Source: an uncultured Gemmatimonadales bacterium (GTDB lineage: Bacteria > Gemmatimonadota > Gemmatimonadetes > Longimicrobiales > Longimicrobiaceae). Taken from it: a stretch of 64,000 nucleotides of DNA. The notes beneath the pieces are model-generated. The model saw only the letters and a program-made list of their open reading frames with translations. It made no database searches and was not told the DNA's origin. This document shows positions 47,785 to 56,641 of this stretch, one piece after another. Each line of letters opens with the position of its first letter. The stretch's first letter is position 1. The stretch spans positions 5,024,001 through 5,088,000 of the forward strand of contig OY970303.1 of NCBI GenBank assembly GCA_963716255.1, read 5' to 3'. A program made the position numbers and the translations under genes.

Positions 47785-47870
47785 CCTCACCACCACCCGA
47801 CGGGGAGCGTGGATCCGTGCAGCTTCGCAGCAGGATCCTGATCGGTCTGGCCGCCGGCGTGCCGGCCCGG
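47785..47870 (+). pseudogene. 5' fragment of a DAACS symporter with its leader
   Basis: VQLRSRILIGLAAGV vs VQLHNKILIGLGAGV. Upstream CACCACCCGACGG is shared with the leader of 12305-13636. Confidence 0.65.
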
Positions 47871-47881
47871 GGGGTGCCGCC

Positions 47882-48244
47882 GACGCCGCGGGCGTGTCCA
47901 GACCGTGCCCGATACGCTGGAGCGGGGCCTGCGCGGCCTCGGCGGTCGCGGCCTCGAAGCGCACCAGGGCCTCGCGCATGTGCGCCAGGAACTCGTCGGC
48001 GTCGATCCGGGTCCGGGCCGGAATCGTCATCGCGAGGAAGACCCCAACCGCCGTGGCGTAGACCTCCGAGATCATGAAGTAGCCACCGATCCCCAGACCG
48101 AGGAGGAGGTAGACCGGCGGGCGGCGCGCCCGGGAGGCTGGCGAGCGCCGCGAGTGCGAGAAGACCGAGCCCCGCGAACAGGGCGCCCCAGGCGATCAGG
48201 AAGTGTGGAAAAGGGCGATCACCAGCACGGCGCCGATCTAGTCC
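47882..48244 (-). pseudogene. nhaA: Internal nhaA fragment
   Basis: IGAVLVIALF, IAWGALFAGLGLLALAA, IPARTRIDADEFLAH..EALVRFE, AEAAQAPLQRI, with frameshifts and deletions relative to 40994-42382. Confidence 0.88.
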
Positions 48245-48264
48245 AAGATGCCACCACGTCAGGT

Positions 48265-48383
48265 TCAATCACCGCCACGGTCGGACCTGCCAGGCGCGCG
48301 AGCAGCGTTGAACCACGAACCAGCAGCTCGCCGCCCGCGACGAGCAGGGTGAGCCCCCCCAGGAACAGGATGCCCGCCGTCAT
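48265..48383 (-). pseudogene. 5' fragment of a Ca/Na antiporter
   Basis: MTAGILFLGGLTLLVAGGELLVRGSTLLARLAG vs MTAVLLFLGGLALLVAGGELLVRGATLLARLAG. Confidence 0.85.
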
Positions 48384-48569
48384 CCGCTCCGGTTCATGCC
48401 GTGGGAGATGAGTTCCCCCTTCGGCGTTACCTCCCGATTCCACGGTTCCGACCCCGAGGCCGCATCTACAACCGGTTCGGGAGAACGTGGCGCTACGCTG
48501 GTGAACTCCCGGGGAGGCGCCGCGCGTGCGTTTGGAATTCCCGAATCGTGACACCCCCTGTCCGCGGGT

Positions 48570-49544
48570 TCAGGGGGCCGCGCGCTCCAGGTTCAGCCGG
48601 ATGAGGTGCTGGGCCAGCGCACGGGTGGACATGGGGGAGATGGAGGGGTAGCGCGGCAGCAGGAGCGGGAGTTCGAGGTCGGGGAGCAGCCGGCGCGCCG
48701 CCCGGGTCGTCAGCACCGGCTCGAACCGGTCCAGCATGGCGATGGCCGGGGCGTCGTCGGCCAGCACCACACGGATGCCGCCCGCCCCGCCGGCCCGCCC
48801 GTAGAGCGCGCGGAAGCGCTCTCCGTAGCGCGGGTCCGCCACGATGGCGGTGAGTCCCCCCGCCCTCGCCCGCCGCTCGATGATCCCCGCCATCTCCGGG
48901 TGGACGGTGACGACTACCGACGGCTTCCCCAGCGCCTCCGCCACCAGCGCCGCCTCGCGCGCGTGGAACGGCGTGGTCACCACCAGGTCCGAGTCGCGCA
49001 GCTCCCCAGGAAGTGCCGCCGGGTCCAGCTTCTTCCCCGTACCGGCGCCCGGGAGGTCGTCCACCCACACCGGCAAGGACTCCATCCCGCACTCGTCGTC
49101 CAGCTCCCGGCAGAGCGCGTCGCCGGAGTCCAGGTTCGATTCCAGGCACGCGCAGCGCGGCCGGACGCTGGCCGTGCAGCGCCGGATGAACTCGGGCAGG
49201 TGGGGAATGGCGATCCGCCGCTTGTACGCCTCCGCCAGCACTCCCGCCAGCCACAACGCCGTTTCCTCCACCACTCCACCGCCGATCCGCTCCTGCCGCG
49301 CCAGGTACACGCCGGCTCGTCCCCGCACCTCCAGCAGCCGCTCGGCCTCCAGCGCGTGGTACGCGCGGGCAACGGCCCGGTGGTCCGTGTTCAGCTCGCG
49401 CGCGAGCTCGCGGATCGGCGGGAGTCGGTCGCCCGCTCGCAGGTGGCCCAGGTGGAGCTCGCCGACAATGCGGCTCCGAATGCGGTCTACGAGCGATGCG
49501 TCGATCGGCATTTCGGCAGGGGAAGGCGTGCGTCGGAAGCCCAT
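48570..49544 (-). CDS. GntR family regulator with an unassigned C-terminal region
   Basis: GHLRAGDRLPPIRELAREL..VARAYHALEAERLLEVRGRAGVY wHTH. Start at 49544 or 49511. Confidence 0.88.
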   Translation of the reverse strand: MGFRRTPSPAEMPIDASLVDRIRSRIVGELHLGHLRAGDRLPPIRELARELNTDHRAVARAYHALEAERLLEVRGRAGVYLARQERIGGGVVEETALWLAGVLAEAYKRRIAIPHLPEFIRRCTASVRPRCACLESNLDSGDALCRELDDECGMESLPVWVDDLPGAGTGKKLDPAALPGELRDSDLVVTTPFHAREAALVAEALGKPSVVVTVHPEMAGIIERRARAGGLTAIVADPRYGERFRALYGRAGGAGGIRVVLADDAPAIAMLDRFEPVLTTRAARRLLPDLELPLLLPRYPSISPMSTRALAQHLIRLNLERAAP

Positions 49545-49571
49545 GTGGTTCCGCCCCAACGGACACGTAGA

Positions 49572-49582
49572 TGGTGATACCA
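49572..49582. promoter_or_regulatory. Candidate GntR box TGGT-N3-ACCA
   Basis: TGGTGATACCA just upstream of the GntR gene in an AT-rich intergenic region. Confidence 0.4.
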
Positions 49583-49739
49583 AAAATGTAGCAATCTGAG
49601 TCGCCCGATGCAATGCTCGCCGGTACTTCCCTACGGTCGAGGAAAAGTGATATACAGATTATATGTTTGCCGTTTGTATAATCGCACAGGATACTATTCG
49701 AAATTGTTGAGAACGGTAGTTGATACGTATTGCGTATCA

Positions 49740-49755
49740 TGGAACGCGATTTGCA
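49740..49755 (+). promoter_or_regulatory. Sigma-54 (-24/-12) promoter candidate
   Basis: TGGAACG-CGAT-TTGCA vs consensus TGGCACG-N4-TTGCW, 35 nt before ATG 49791. Confidence 0.6.
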
Positions 49756-49790
49756 CTTCTTGCGGGTCCCTTCAAACGGAGCTGGCTTTC

Positions 49791-50051
49791 ATGTACCAGA
49801 CCGAGCTGCCCCCCGCCGATCCGGACCACGACGACCGGAACGACCGGATCCGGACGCTCCGGCAGGCCGGCTTCCGGGTGGCCGCCGCGCCGGGGCGGAG
49901 CGATGGGCGGGACGCCGCGGAGCTGTCGCCCACCTGGAGGTGCCGAGCCTGCGGCACCGAGCGGCACTTCGCGGAGGCCGTGGCGGCAGCGGCGGCGGCG
50001 CCCTGCGCCGCCTGCGGAGGGACCGCCCTGCACGTCGCCGCGGAACGATGA
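49791..50051 (+). CDS. 86-aa protein with C-terminal zinc ribbon
   Basis: GGAG RBS, WRCRACG..PCAACGG. Confidence 0.65.
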   Translation: MYQTELPPADPDHDDRNDRIRTLRQAGFRVAAAPGRSDGRDAAELSPTWRCRACGTERHFAEAVAAAAAAPCAACGGTALHVAAER

Positions 50052-50082
50052 GCGCGGCATCCTCCGTCCGTTGAGCGACCCC

Positions 50083-51546
50083 ATGGAGGAGCGCGCGCGC
50101 TCCCGCCTGCTTCGGTTCGACGGCCCGATTTGGGTCGGCCGGCTGGCGCTGGGCTTCGTCATGCTCGCGCTCGCCGCGCTCTTCGTCGCCCCGCTGGCCG
50201 TGCAGAACCGCATCGCGCCGCTGCGCGAGGATGCCGAGCGCGCCGACGAGGCGCGCACGCTGGTGACGCGGGTGCAGTTCGCGCTGGCACAGCAGATGTC
50301 CGCCCTTCGCGGCGCCCTGCTCACGCCGGACCCGCGCTACCCGGGCCTGTACGCCGAGGGGCTGGCGCTCGAGCGCTCGGCCTACGCTCCCCTGGACTCC
50401 CTGGCTGGGCCTCTGCCGGAGCCGGTCCGGTCCGCGCTGGGCCGCCTGCGGACGGCTTCCGACCAGTGGCACGGCCGGCTAGACGAGCAGCTGGTCCTCC
50501 GCCGCGAGCCGGCGGCGCGTGGCGAGCTGCTCGGCCACGACCTGGAGCTGTACGAGAGCGCGCTGCGCGCGGCGCGCGACCTGGATCGTGCCGTCACCTC
50601 CGTCGCGCGCCAGCGGAGGGCCGAGATCCGCCGCGCCGAGGCGCGGGAGGACCTGGTCACGCGCGCCCTGGGGCTGGCGGCCCTGGCCGCCGCGCTGGCG
50701 GTGGGGTGGTTCGGGCACCGCATGCGGACGCTCGCCCATGAGGCGGCGGCGCACGGCGAGGCGGCGGAGCGGGCGCTGGAGGAGGCGCAGCGCGCCTCCG
50801 ACGCCCGGGAGCGGCTGATGCGCGGCGTCACGCACGACCTCAAGAACCCGCTCGGCGCGGCCGACGGCTACGGGCAGCTGCTGGAGATGGAACAGGAGGG
50901 GGAGCTGCGGCCCGGACAGCTCCGGATGGTGGAGGGGATGCGCCGCTGCATCGGCACCGCGCTCGGGCTGATCGCCGACCTCCTCGACTTCACGCGTGCC
51001 GAAGCCGGGATGCTGGAGGTAGTGCACGAGTTCACGGACTGCAAGGCGATCGCCCGCGAGACCGAGGAGCAGTACAGGGGCTCCGCCCGCGCCGCGGGCC
51101 ACGAGATCGAGCTCCGCCTCCCCGACGGTCCGCTCCCCGCGATCACCGACCACGCGCGGGTGCTGCGCATCGTCGGCAACCTGGTCTCCAACGCCATCAA
51201 GTACACGCCCCCGCCGGGGCGCGTGGTGCTGGAAGCGCAGGCCGCGGAGGGCTCGCACGTCTCGCGGGAGGGGCGCTGGATCGAGTTCCGGGTCTGCGAC
51301 ACCGGCCCGGGGATCCCCGAAGCCGAGCGCGAGCGGATCTTCGACGAGTTCCACCGGCTCCACGACGGCCAGGCGCAGCAGGGCCACGGGCTGGGGCTGG
51401 CGACCAGCCGGCGGATCGCGCTCACGCTCGGCGGCGACATCACCGTCGGCGACGCGGAGATCGGGGGGGCGGCCTTCAGCCTCTGGCTCCCGGCCCGTAA
51501 GCCGGACGCGGAGCGGCCCACCGCGGGCGGCGGCGACCGGCCGTGA
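50083..51546 (+). CDS. Membrane histidine kinase with helical extracytoplasmic sensor
   Basis: Two TM segments, GVTHDLKNPLG, NLVSNAIKYT, DTGPGI, GHGLGL. Confidence 0.9.
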   Translation: MEERARSRLLRFDGPIWVGRLALGFVMLALAALFVAPLAVQNRIAPLREDAERADEARTLVTRVQFALAQQMSALRGALLTPDPRYPGLYAEGLALERSAYAPLDSLAGPLPEPVRSALGRLRTASDQWHGRLDEQLVLRREPAARGELLGHDLELYESALRAARDLDRAVTSVARQRRAEIRRAEAREDLVTRALGLAALAAALAVGWFGHRMRTLAHEAAAHGEAAERALEEAQRASDARERLMRGVTHDLKNPLGAADGYGQLLEMEQEGELRPGQLRMVEGMRRCIGTALGLIADLLDFTRAEAGMLEVVHEFTDCKAIARETEEQYRGSARAAGHEIELRLPDGPLPAITDHARVLRIVGNLVSNAIKYTPPPGRVVLEAQAAEGSHVSREGRWIEFRVCDTGPGIPEAERERIFDEFHRLHDGQAQQGHGLGLATSRRIALTLGGDITVGDAEIGGAAFSLWLPARKPDAERPTAGGGDRP

Positions 51547-51574
51547 CAAGCCGCGTCGGAGGAGCGCGGTGGGG

Positions 51575-52552
51575 CTACGCCCGGGCGACGGACGAAGGGG
51601 CGGCGTCCGTCGCCGCGCTGGGGACCACCAGGGCGTCGCAAGGCGACCCGCGCAGCACCGCCTCGGCGACGCTGCCCAGCAGCAGCCGGGGGAGCCCCGA
51701 GCGTCCGTGGGTGCCGAGCACCACCAGGTCCGCCCCCCACGTGATGGCCTCGTTGACGATCTCCCCGGCCGGGTCGCCCACGCGGACGCTTTCCCCCACC
51801 ATCAGTCCCCGTGGGGTGTGCGCGGCGACGAACGCCCGCAGCCGCGGCGCCACCGACTCCGCGAGCGAGCCGACGACGTCCGCGACGGGGCTCGGGACCC
51901 CCACGCCGATCGGGGGAACCAGCGAGGGCGCGGGCCGCACCACCAGCAGGCAGCACAGGGCGGCGGTGTCGCCGGCGCACAGCTTCAGGGCGGTCCCCAG
52001 CCCTCCCTCGTACGCCCGCCCGCTCGCTTCCGACAGGTCGGTGGCGAGGAGCACCCGGGCGCCCGGCAGCGGGCGGCTCCCGTCGCGCACCACCAGCACG
52101 GGCACCTCCGCCTGCCGCAGGAGGCGCCCGGCCGTGGAGCCGAGGAACAGCTGGCCCAGCTGGCCGTGGTGCGAGGCGCCCACCACCAGCAGGTCGGCGC
52201 CAACCTCCTCGCCGCTGCGCCGAAGTGCTTCGGCCGGGGACCCCTCCACTACGTGGCAGGTGGTGGACCCCGCGGGCCGGACGCGGGCGACCGATGCCCG
52301 CAGCCGCTCCAGCAGCCCCTTGCGCACGGCCTCCCGGCCCTCCGGGTCGGGGAAGACGGCGATGCCGCCGGGTTCGAACGGAGGCAGGGAGGCGTATCCG
52401 ACCAGCGGGTCCACCGGCTCGAAGACGTGGACGACGTGCAGGTCGGCCCCGGTCCGGTCCGCGATGCGGGCGGCGCGCACGAGCGCCGGGTCGGCCGCGG
52501 AGTCGGGGTCGGCTATCCCTGCGAGGAGGGTGCGGAGGCGCTCGGGTATCAT
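51575..52552 (-). CDS. Universal stress protein (tandem USP domains)
   Basis: ADLLVVGA..LGSTAGRLLR..PVLVV; VLLATDLS; ADLVVLGTHGRSG..LGSVAEAVLR. Confidence 0.93.
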   Translation of the reverse strand: MIPERLRTLLAGIADPDSAADPALVRAARIADRTGADLHVVHVFEPVDPLVGYASLPPFEPGGIAVFPDPEGREAVRKGLLERLRASVARVRPAGSTTCHVVEGSPAEALRRSGEEVGADLLVVGASHHGQLGQLFLGSTAGRLLRQAEVPVLVVRDGSRPLPGARVLLATDLSEASGRAYEGGLGTALKLCAGDTAALCCLLVVRPAPSLVPPIGVGVPSPVADVVGSLAESVAPRLRAFVAAHTPRGLMVGESVRVGDPAGEIVNEAITWGADLVVLGTHGRSGLPRLLLGSVAEAVLRGSPCDALVVPSAATDAAPSSVARA

Positions 52553-52686
52553 GGCAGTGAACCGGGTTGAGGACACGAGGTCATGACGCAACAAGCTCCA
52601 TGCCAGCAAGTGCGGACCGGGGCGGATCCCTTCGTCGGCCATGGCGCTCCGGCCGAACCCTGGAGCGGAGTCCGGGAGGTGGCGCA

Positions 52687-54009
52687 TTGAGGGTGCGGCT
52701 GGCCGGGTGGTGGGAGGCGCTGCGGTCGAGCTACTGGTTCGTGCCGGGGGTGATGGCGCTCGGCGCGGCGGGGCTGGCGTTCGGGATGGTGGCGCTGGAC
52801 GGCAGGGTCGGGTCGGAGGCGGTGGAGAGCCTGGGGTGGATCTACACGGGCGGGCCGGAGGGCGCGCGCGGGGTGCTCTCCACCATCGCGGGCTCCATGA
52901 TCACCGTGGCGGGCGTCACCTTCTCGGTGCTGGTGGTGGCGCTCTCGCTTGCGGCGTCGCAGTTCGGGCCGCGGGTGCTGGGGAGCTTCATGCGCGACGC
53001 CGGGAACCAGTTCGTCCTGGGGGCGTTCGTCGGCACCTTCCTCTACTGCCTGCTGGTGCTGCGCACCGTGCGCGGGGGCGAGGAGGCGGGCCGCTTCGTG
53101 CCGCACCTGGCCGTCACCCTCGGGGTGGCGATGGCCGTGCTGGGGGTGGGCGTGCTGATCTACTTCGTCCACCACGCCGCGGTCTCGATCCAGGTCACGT
53201 CCGTGATCGCCGCCCTCGCCGAGGACCTCGATGCCGGGGTGGACCGGCTCTTTCCTGAGGAGGTGAAAGACGCCGCTCCCGCGGGGGCCGTACCGGGACC
53301 ATGGGGCAGCCTCGCCGCGCGGCGCGACGGCTACGTGCAGGCGATCGACTTTGAGCGCTTGGTGGAGCTCGCCGGTGACCGCTCCGCCACCCTGCGCCTG
53401 AATCCGAGCATCGGGGCTTTCGTCGCCCGCGGCGACGCGCTGGCGTGGGTTCACCCCCCCGCCGCCGCCGCGGAACTGGGCGGCCCCGTCCGCGGCGCGT
53501 TCGTGTTGGGGTCGCGCCGCATGCCGTCGCAGGACGTGGAGTTCTCCGTGCAGCAGCTCGTGGACATGGCGGTGCGCGCCCTCTCCCCCGGGATCAACGA
53601 CCCGTTCACCGCGGCGGCGTGCGTGGACCGCCTCGGCGCGGCGCTCGCGCGGGTGGCGGAGCGGCCGGGCGCGCTCGGCGTGCACCGGGACGGGGAGGGC
53701 GTGGCGCGGGTGCTGGCGGACCCCGTGAGTTTCGAGCGCCTGGCCGAGGCCGCGTTCTCCCCGATCCGGCAGTACGCGGGCGGGAGCCAGGTGGCGCTCC
53801 TCCGCCTGCTGGACGCGCTGGCGCGCATCGCCCGGCACGTGCGTGGAGAGGACCGCCGCAACACGGTCCGCGACCATGCCGCGCGCGTGCTCGCCACGGC
53901 CGAGCGGCACCTGGAGCACACCGCCGACCGCGCGGCGGTGGCGGAGAGGCACCGGGCGGTGGAGGACGCGCTGCGCGGAGGAGCCGAAGACCCGCGCGAG
54001 AGGAGGTAG
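52687..54009 (+). CDS. DUF2254 membrane protein
   Basis: LRSSYWFVP, LSTIAGSMITVAGVTFS, ASQFGPR, QDVEFSVQQLVDMAVRALSPGINDPFTA. Confidence 0.9.
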   Translation: MRVRLAGWWEALRSSYWFVPGVMALGAAGLAFGMVALDGRVGSEAVESLGWIYTGGPEGARGVLSTIAGSMITVAGVTFSVLVVALSLAASQFGPRVLGSFMRDAGNQFVLGAFVGTFLYCLLVLRTVRGGEEAGRFVPHLAVTLGVAMAVLGVGVLIYFVHHAAVSIQVTSVIAALAEDLDAGVDRLFPEEVKDAAPAGAVPGPWGSLAARRDGYVQAIDFERLVELAGDRSATLRLNPSIGAFVARGDALAWVHPPAAAAELGGPVRGAFVLGSRRMPSQDVEFSVQQLVDMAVRALSPGINDPFTAAACVDRLGAALARVAERPGALGVHRDGEGVARVLADPVSFERLAEAAFSPIRQYAGGSQVALLRLLDALARIARHVRGEDRRNTVRDHAARVLATAERHLEHTADRAAVAERHRAVEDALRGGAEDPRERR

Positions 54010-54256
54010 CGTGGACGGCTTCCACCGGGTGAGGCGACCGGTGAGTAGGCGGCGGATCCCTTGTTCGTGGGTTGAGTTTGCATATCGTGCAAGAACCAAC
54101 ACGGGACGGCGCGAGGCCGGTGCCGCAGTGTCTTGATTCGCGTTGCCAGACTGGCGTTCGCCCCCTTCATGATTACTATTGATCGTGACGGCCGGCCACC
54201 GGAGGAGGATCGGCCGATCAAGCCGCTACAACCCGTGTCCAGGATCAGGGTGAATC

Positions 54257-54451
54257 ATGACCTTCCTTCGCGTGTCTGTCCTTGCCGCCGCACTTCTTCT
54301 CACCGGCTGCTCCGTCCCCTTTGTCCGCGGGGGCGATCCAAAGTCTGAGTGTGACAGGCTTGCTGCCCAAGCCATTCAGACCAATTCGGTGAGGGAGGCC
54401 CGCGATCTTGCCGCTCAGGCGACGGAGTGCTACGCGCGGCTTGCCCAGTAG
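54257..54451 (+). CDS. Small lipoprotein (64 aa)
   Basis: LLLTGC lipobox; helical mature part with two further Cys. Confidence 0.65.
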   Translation: MTFLRVSVLAAALLLTGCSVPFVRGGDPKSECDRLAAQAIQTNSVREARDLAAQATECYARLAQ

Positions 54452-54519
54452 CCGGTGATCGGAGGGGCGCCGTCCTCTCCCCCATCGTAGCGCCCGCGGA
54501 ACTGGAAGTTCGGCCGGAG

Positions 54520-54790
54520 CGGGTCGAGGCTCAGGCACGGATCCTCCGCGAGCTCCCTCAGTCGCCTCGCGGTCGCCTCGGCGCGCTCCTCTGCCGTGAA
54601 GGAGCCCAGGCCCGTCCGGACTCAAAGGACGGTGTCGCTGCCGAGGACGACGGAGGAGCCGGCGGGAGCAGCCGACGAGTCGGCGGAGGCGGGCGCGGGC
54701 CCGGGGATTTCTCCGCTCGCGCTGGTGGCTAACGAGAGGTGGATCCCGGCGATGACGCCCAGGCGAGAGCGGCTGCGCGTAGGAACGTGA
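54520..54790 (-). pseudogene. Remnant of the N-terminal periplasmic domain of a large MscS-type protein
   Basis: SVVLGSDTVL*VRTGLGSFTAEERAEATARRLRELAEDP with an in-frame stop at 54622-54624. Family recalled from memory. Confidence 0.45.
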
Positions 54791-54872
54791 GAGCTGGGTA
54801 CGGAGAGGTGCGACCGAAACGGGACCGCCGGGGATGTCCGTGGAGCGCAGGGCGCCGGACCGGATTGCAGGC

Positions 54873-55772
54873 TCAGGCGGGCGCGTGGTCCGCGACCGGA
54901 CCTGGACGGCTCGGCAGACCGGTGCCGCACCGCTTGCAGTAGGCCGCGTCCTCGTCGTGGCTCCCGACCCCGCAGGTGTGACAAACCCGTGGGGTGGCGG
55001 CGGGACGGGATGCGCGCTCCAGCTCCAGGGTCACGATCCCGGTGGGGACCGCGATGATCCCGTACCCAATGATCATCAACGACGCGGCGATGAACCGGCC
55101 GAGGGTCGTTTCCGGTGCGATATCGCCGTAGCCGACGGTGGTAAGCGTCACGATGGCCCAGTACACCCCCTGCGGAATGCTGGTGAAGCCCGCCTCGGCT
55201 CCCTCCACCAGGTACATGAGGGAGCCAGCCACCACGACGATGGCCAATACGGAGAAGAGGAAGACGGTGATCTTGTAGCGGCTGGCGCGTAACGCCTGCG
55301 ACAGCACGGCGGCCTCGCGGACGTACCGGGTGAGCTTGAGCACGCGGAAGATGCGAAGCACCCGCAGGATCCGCACGACCGCGAGGAACCGGCCCGCCGG
55401 GAAAACGACGCTGAGATACGTGGGAAGGATGGAGAGAAGGTCGATCAGACCATAGAAGCTCAGCGCGTACCCACGCGGCTCGCGCGAGGACCAGAGGCGA
55501 AGGCCGTACTCGACGCTGAAGAGGATGGTGAAGCCCCACTCCGCGACTCCCAGGGCGGTGCCATACCGCGAGCCCACGGACGGCACGCTGTCCAGCATCA
55601 CCACGAGCACGCTGAGCAGGATCGCGGCGATCAGGACGATGTCGAACGCCTTGCCCGCCCTCGTGTCGTGCTCGAAAATGACCCGGTGAATCGTCTCCCG
55701 GAGCGGAGGGGTGGACACAGAGTGGGGTGGTCCGGCGTACGGGAGGGGACGGGGCGGGGGATCGTTCTTCAT
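54873..55772 (-). CDS. Voltage-gated potassium channel-like ion transporter
   Basis: S4 RILRVLRIFRVLK, filter TLTTVGYGD, C-terminal CxxC..CxxC. Confidence 0.93.
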   Translation of the reverse strand: MKNDPPPRPLPYAGPPHSVSTPPLRETIHRVIFEHDTRAGKAFDIVLIAAILLSVLVVMLDSVPSVGSRYGTALGVAEWGFTILFSVEYGLRLWSSREPRGYALSFYGLIDLLSILPTYLSVVFPAGRFLAVVRILRVLRIFRVLKLTRYVREAAVLSQALRASRYKITVFLFSVLAIVVVAGSLMYLVEGAEAGFTSIPQGVYWAIVTLTTVGYGDIAPETTLGRFIAASLMIIGYGIIAVPTGIVTLELERASRPAATPRVCHTCGVGSHDEDAAYCKRCGTGLPSRPGPVADHAPA

Positions 55773-56142
55773 AGTGGGCCGTTGTCCCTGGGGTGATCGG
55801 GGAGGACCGGCGGGGCCGCTTCGAGGTGATTGTGCACGGCGGTGACCCGCAGAGCCTCACCCGAGACGAGGAAGCACCGGCGCAGGCGTCGCTCCGCCTC
55901 TCGCGCGAGCCGCGGGTCGTCGCAACGCGGGGCGTGAGATGGCTGGACTACGAGCAGGTTCACCACCGCCCGGGTCCCCGGCGCACCTCGCGCGAGGGCC
56001 CCGGCAGTGAGCTTTCGCGGAACGAGACGGTGCCGGCGAGCGTCGCGATCCCCCGGGAGATCTTCACGCGGAGCGATTCGTCGCGCAAGCCTTTCATCGC
56101 CGCGAGTTCCCGTGTCGGTGCCCGCCGTACTTCAACGCTCAT
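55769..56142 (-). pseudogene. BON/OsmY-domain gene remnant
   Basis: LRVKISRGIATLAGTV, then after a frameshift VVNLLVVQP..DDPRLAREAERRL. Confidence 0.5.
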
Positions 56143-56171
56143 GAAGCCGACCCGGCCAGTTGGATGTGGGG

Positions 56172-56490
56172 CCGGTCTACAACTACGCCCGGAGCTCTTG
56201 TACCCGTGTGAGGAGATGGCGCTGCCCGTCCCCTCCGGCCAGCTGGGGCAGGGGATGATCGAGGAGATGCAGCGCCGCTACGCCATGCACCCGGCGGACG
56301 CGGAGCCGAGGGTGTACTGCCGCCTGACCGCACCTGGCTGGAGCTGACGGTGCGGTTGGTCGTCCGCGACCACGGGATCCGCGAAGTCAGGACGCCATGA
56401 CGCGGGAGATCCTGCGGGCGCTGGACGAGGCAGGGACCAGGGTCGCGCGGCGACGCTCGAGGTCGTGGGCCTGCCGCCGCTGCGCCTCGG
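56172..56490 (+). pseudogene. C-terminal remnant of an MscS-family channel
   Basis: Across frames: PVYNY..EEMALPV..EMQRRYAMHPADAEPRVY.RLT..WLELTVRLVVRDHGIREV..MTREILRALDEAG..EVVGLPPLRL. Confidence 0.6.
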
Positions 56491-56551
56491 GACGAGGGGA
56501 GCCGGCGACGGGGGAGCCGGCGACGGGGGAGCCGGCGACGGGGGAGCCGGC
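56491..56551 (+). repeat. 15-bp tandem repeat GACGGGGGAGCCGGC (3 perfect + 1 imperfect)
   Basis: Direct read; encodes GDGGA repeats in frame with the MscS remnant tail. Confidence 0.9.
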
Positions 56552-56641
56552 GGAGTGACCCGGGGCCGAGCGCGGCGCCGGTCGCGGACCCCCGCGGTCG
56601 TTCGTGTCCGCGCCGGGACGGCGAGGGCGGCGCCCCGGGCC

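Noticed and set aside
56491..56551. Repeats as a possible CRISPR array
   Set aside because: Head-to-tail 15-mers without spacers and no cas genes.
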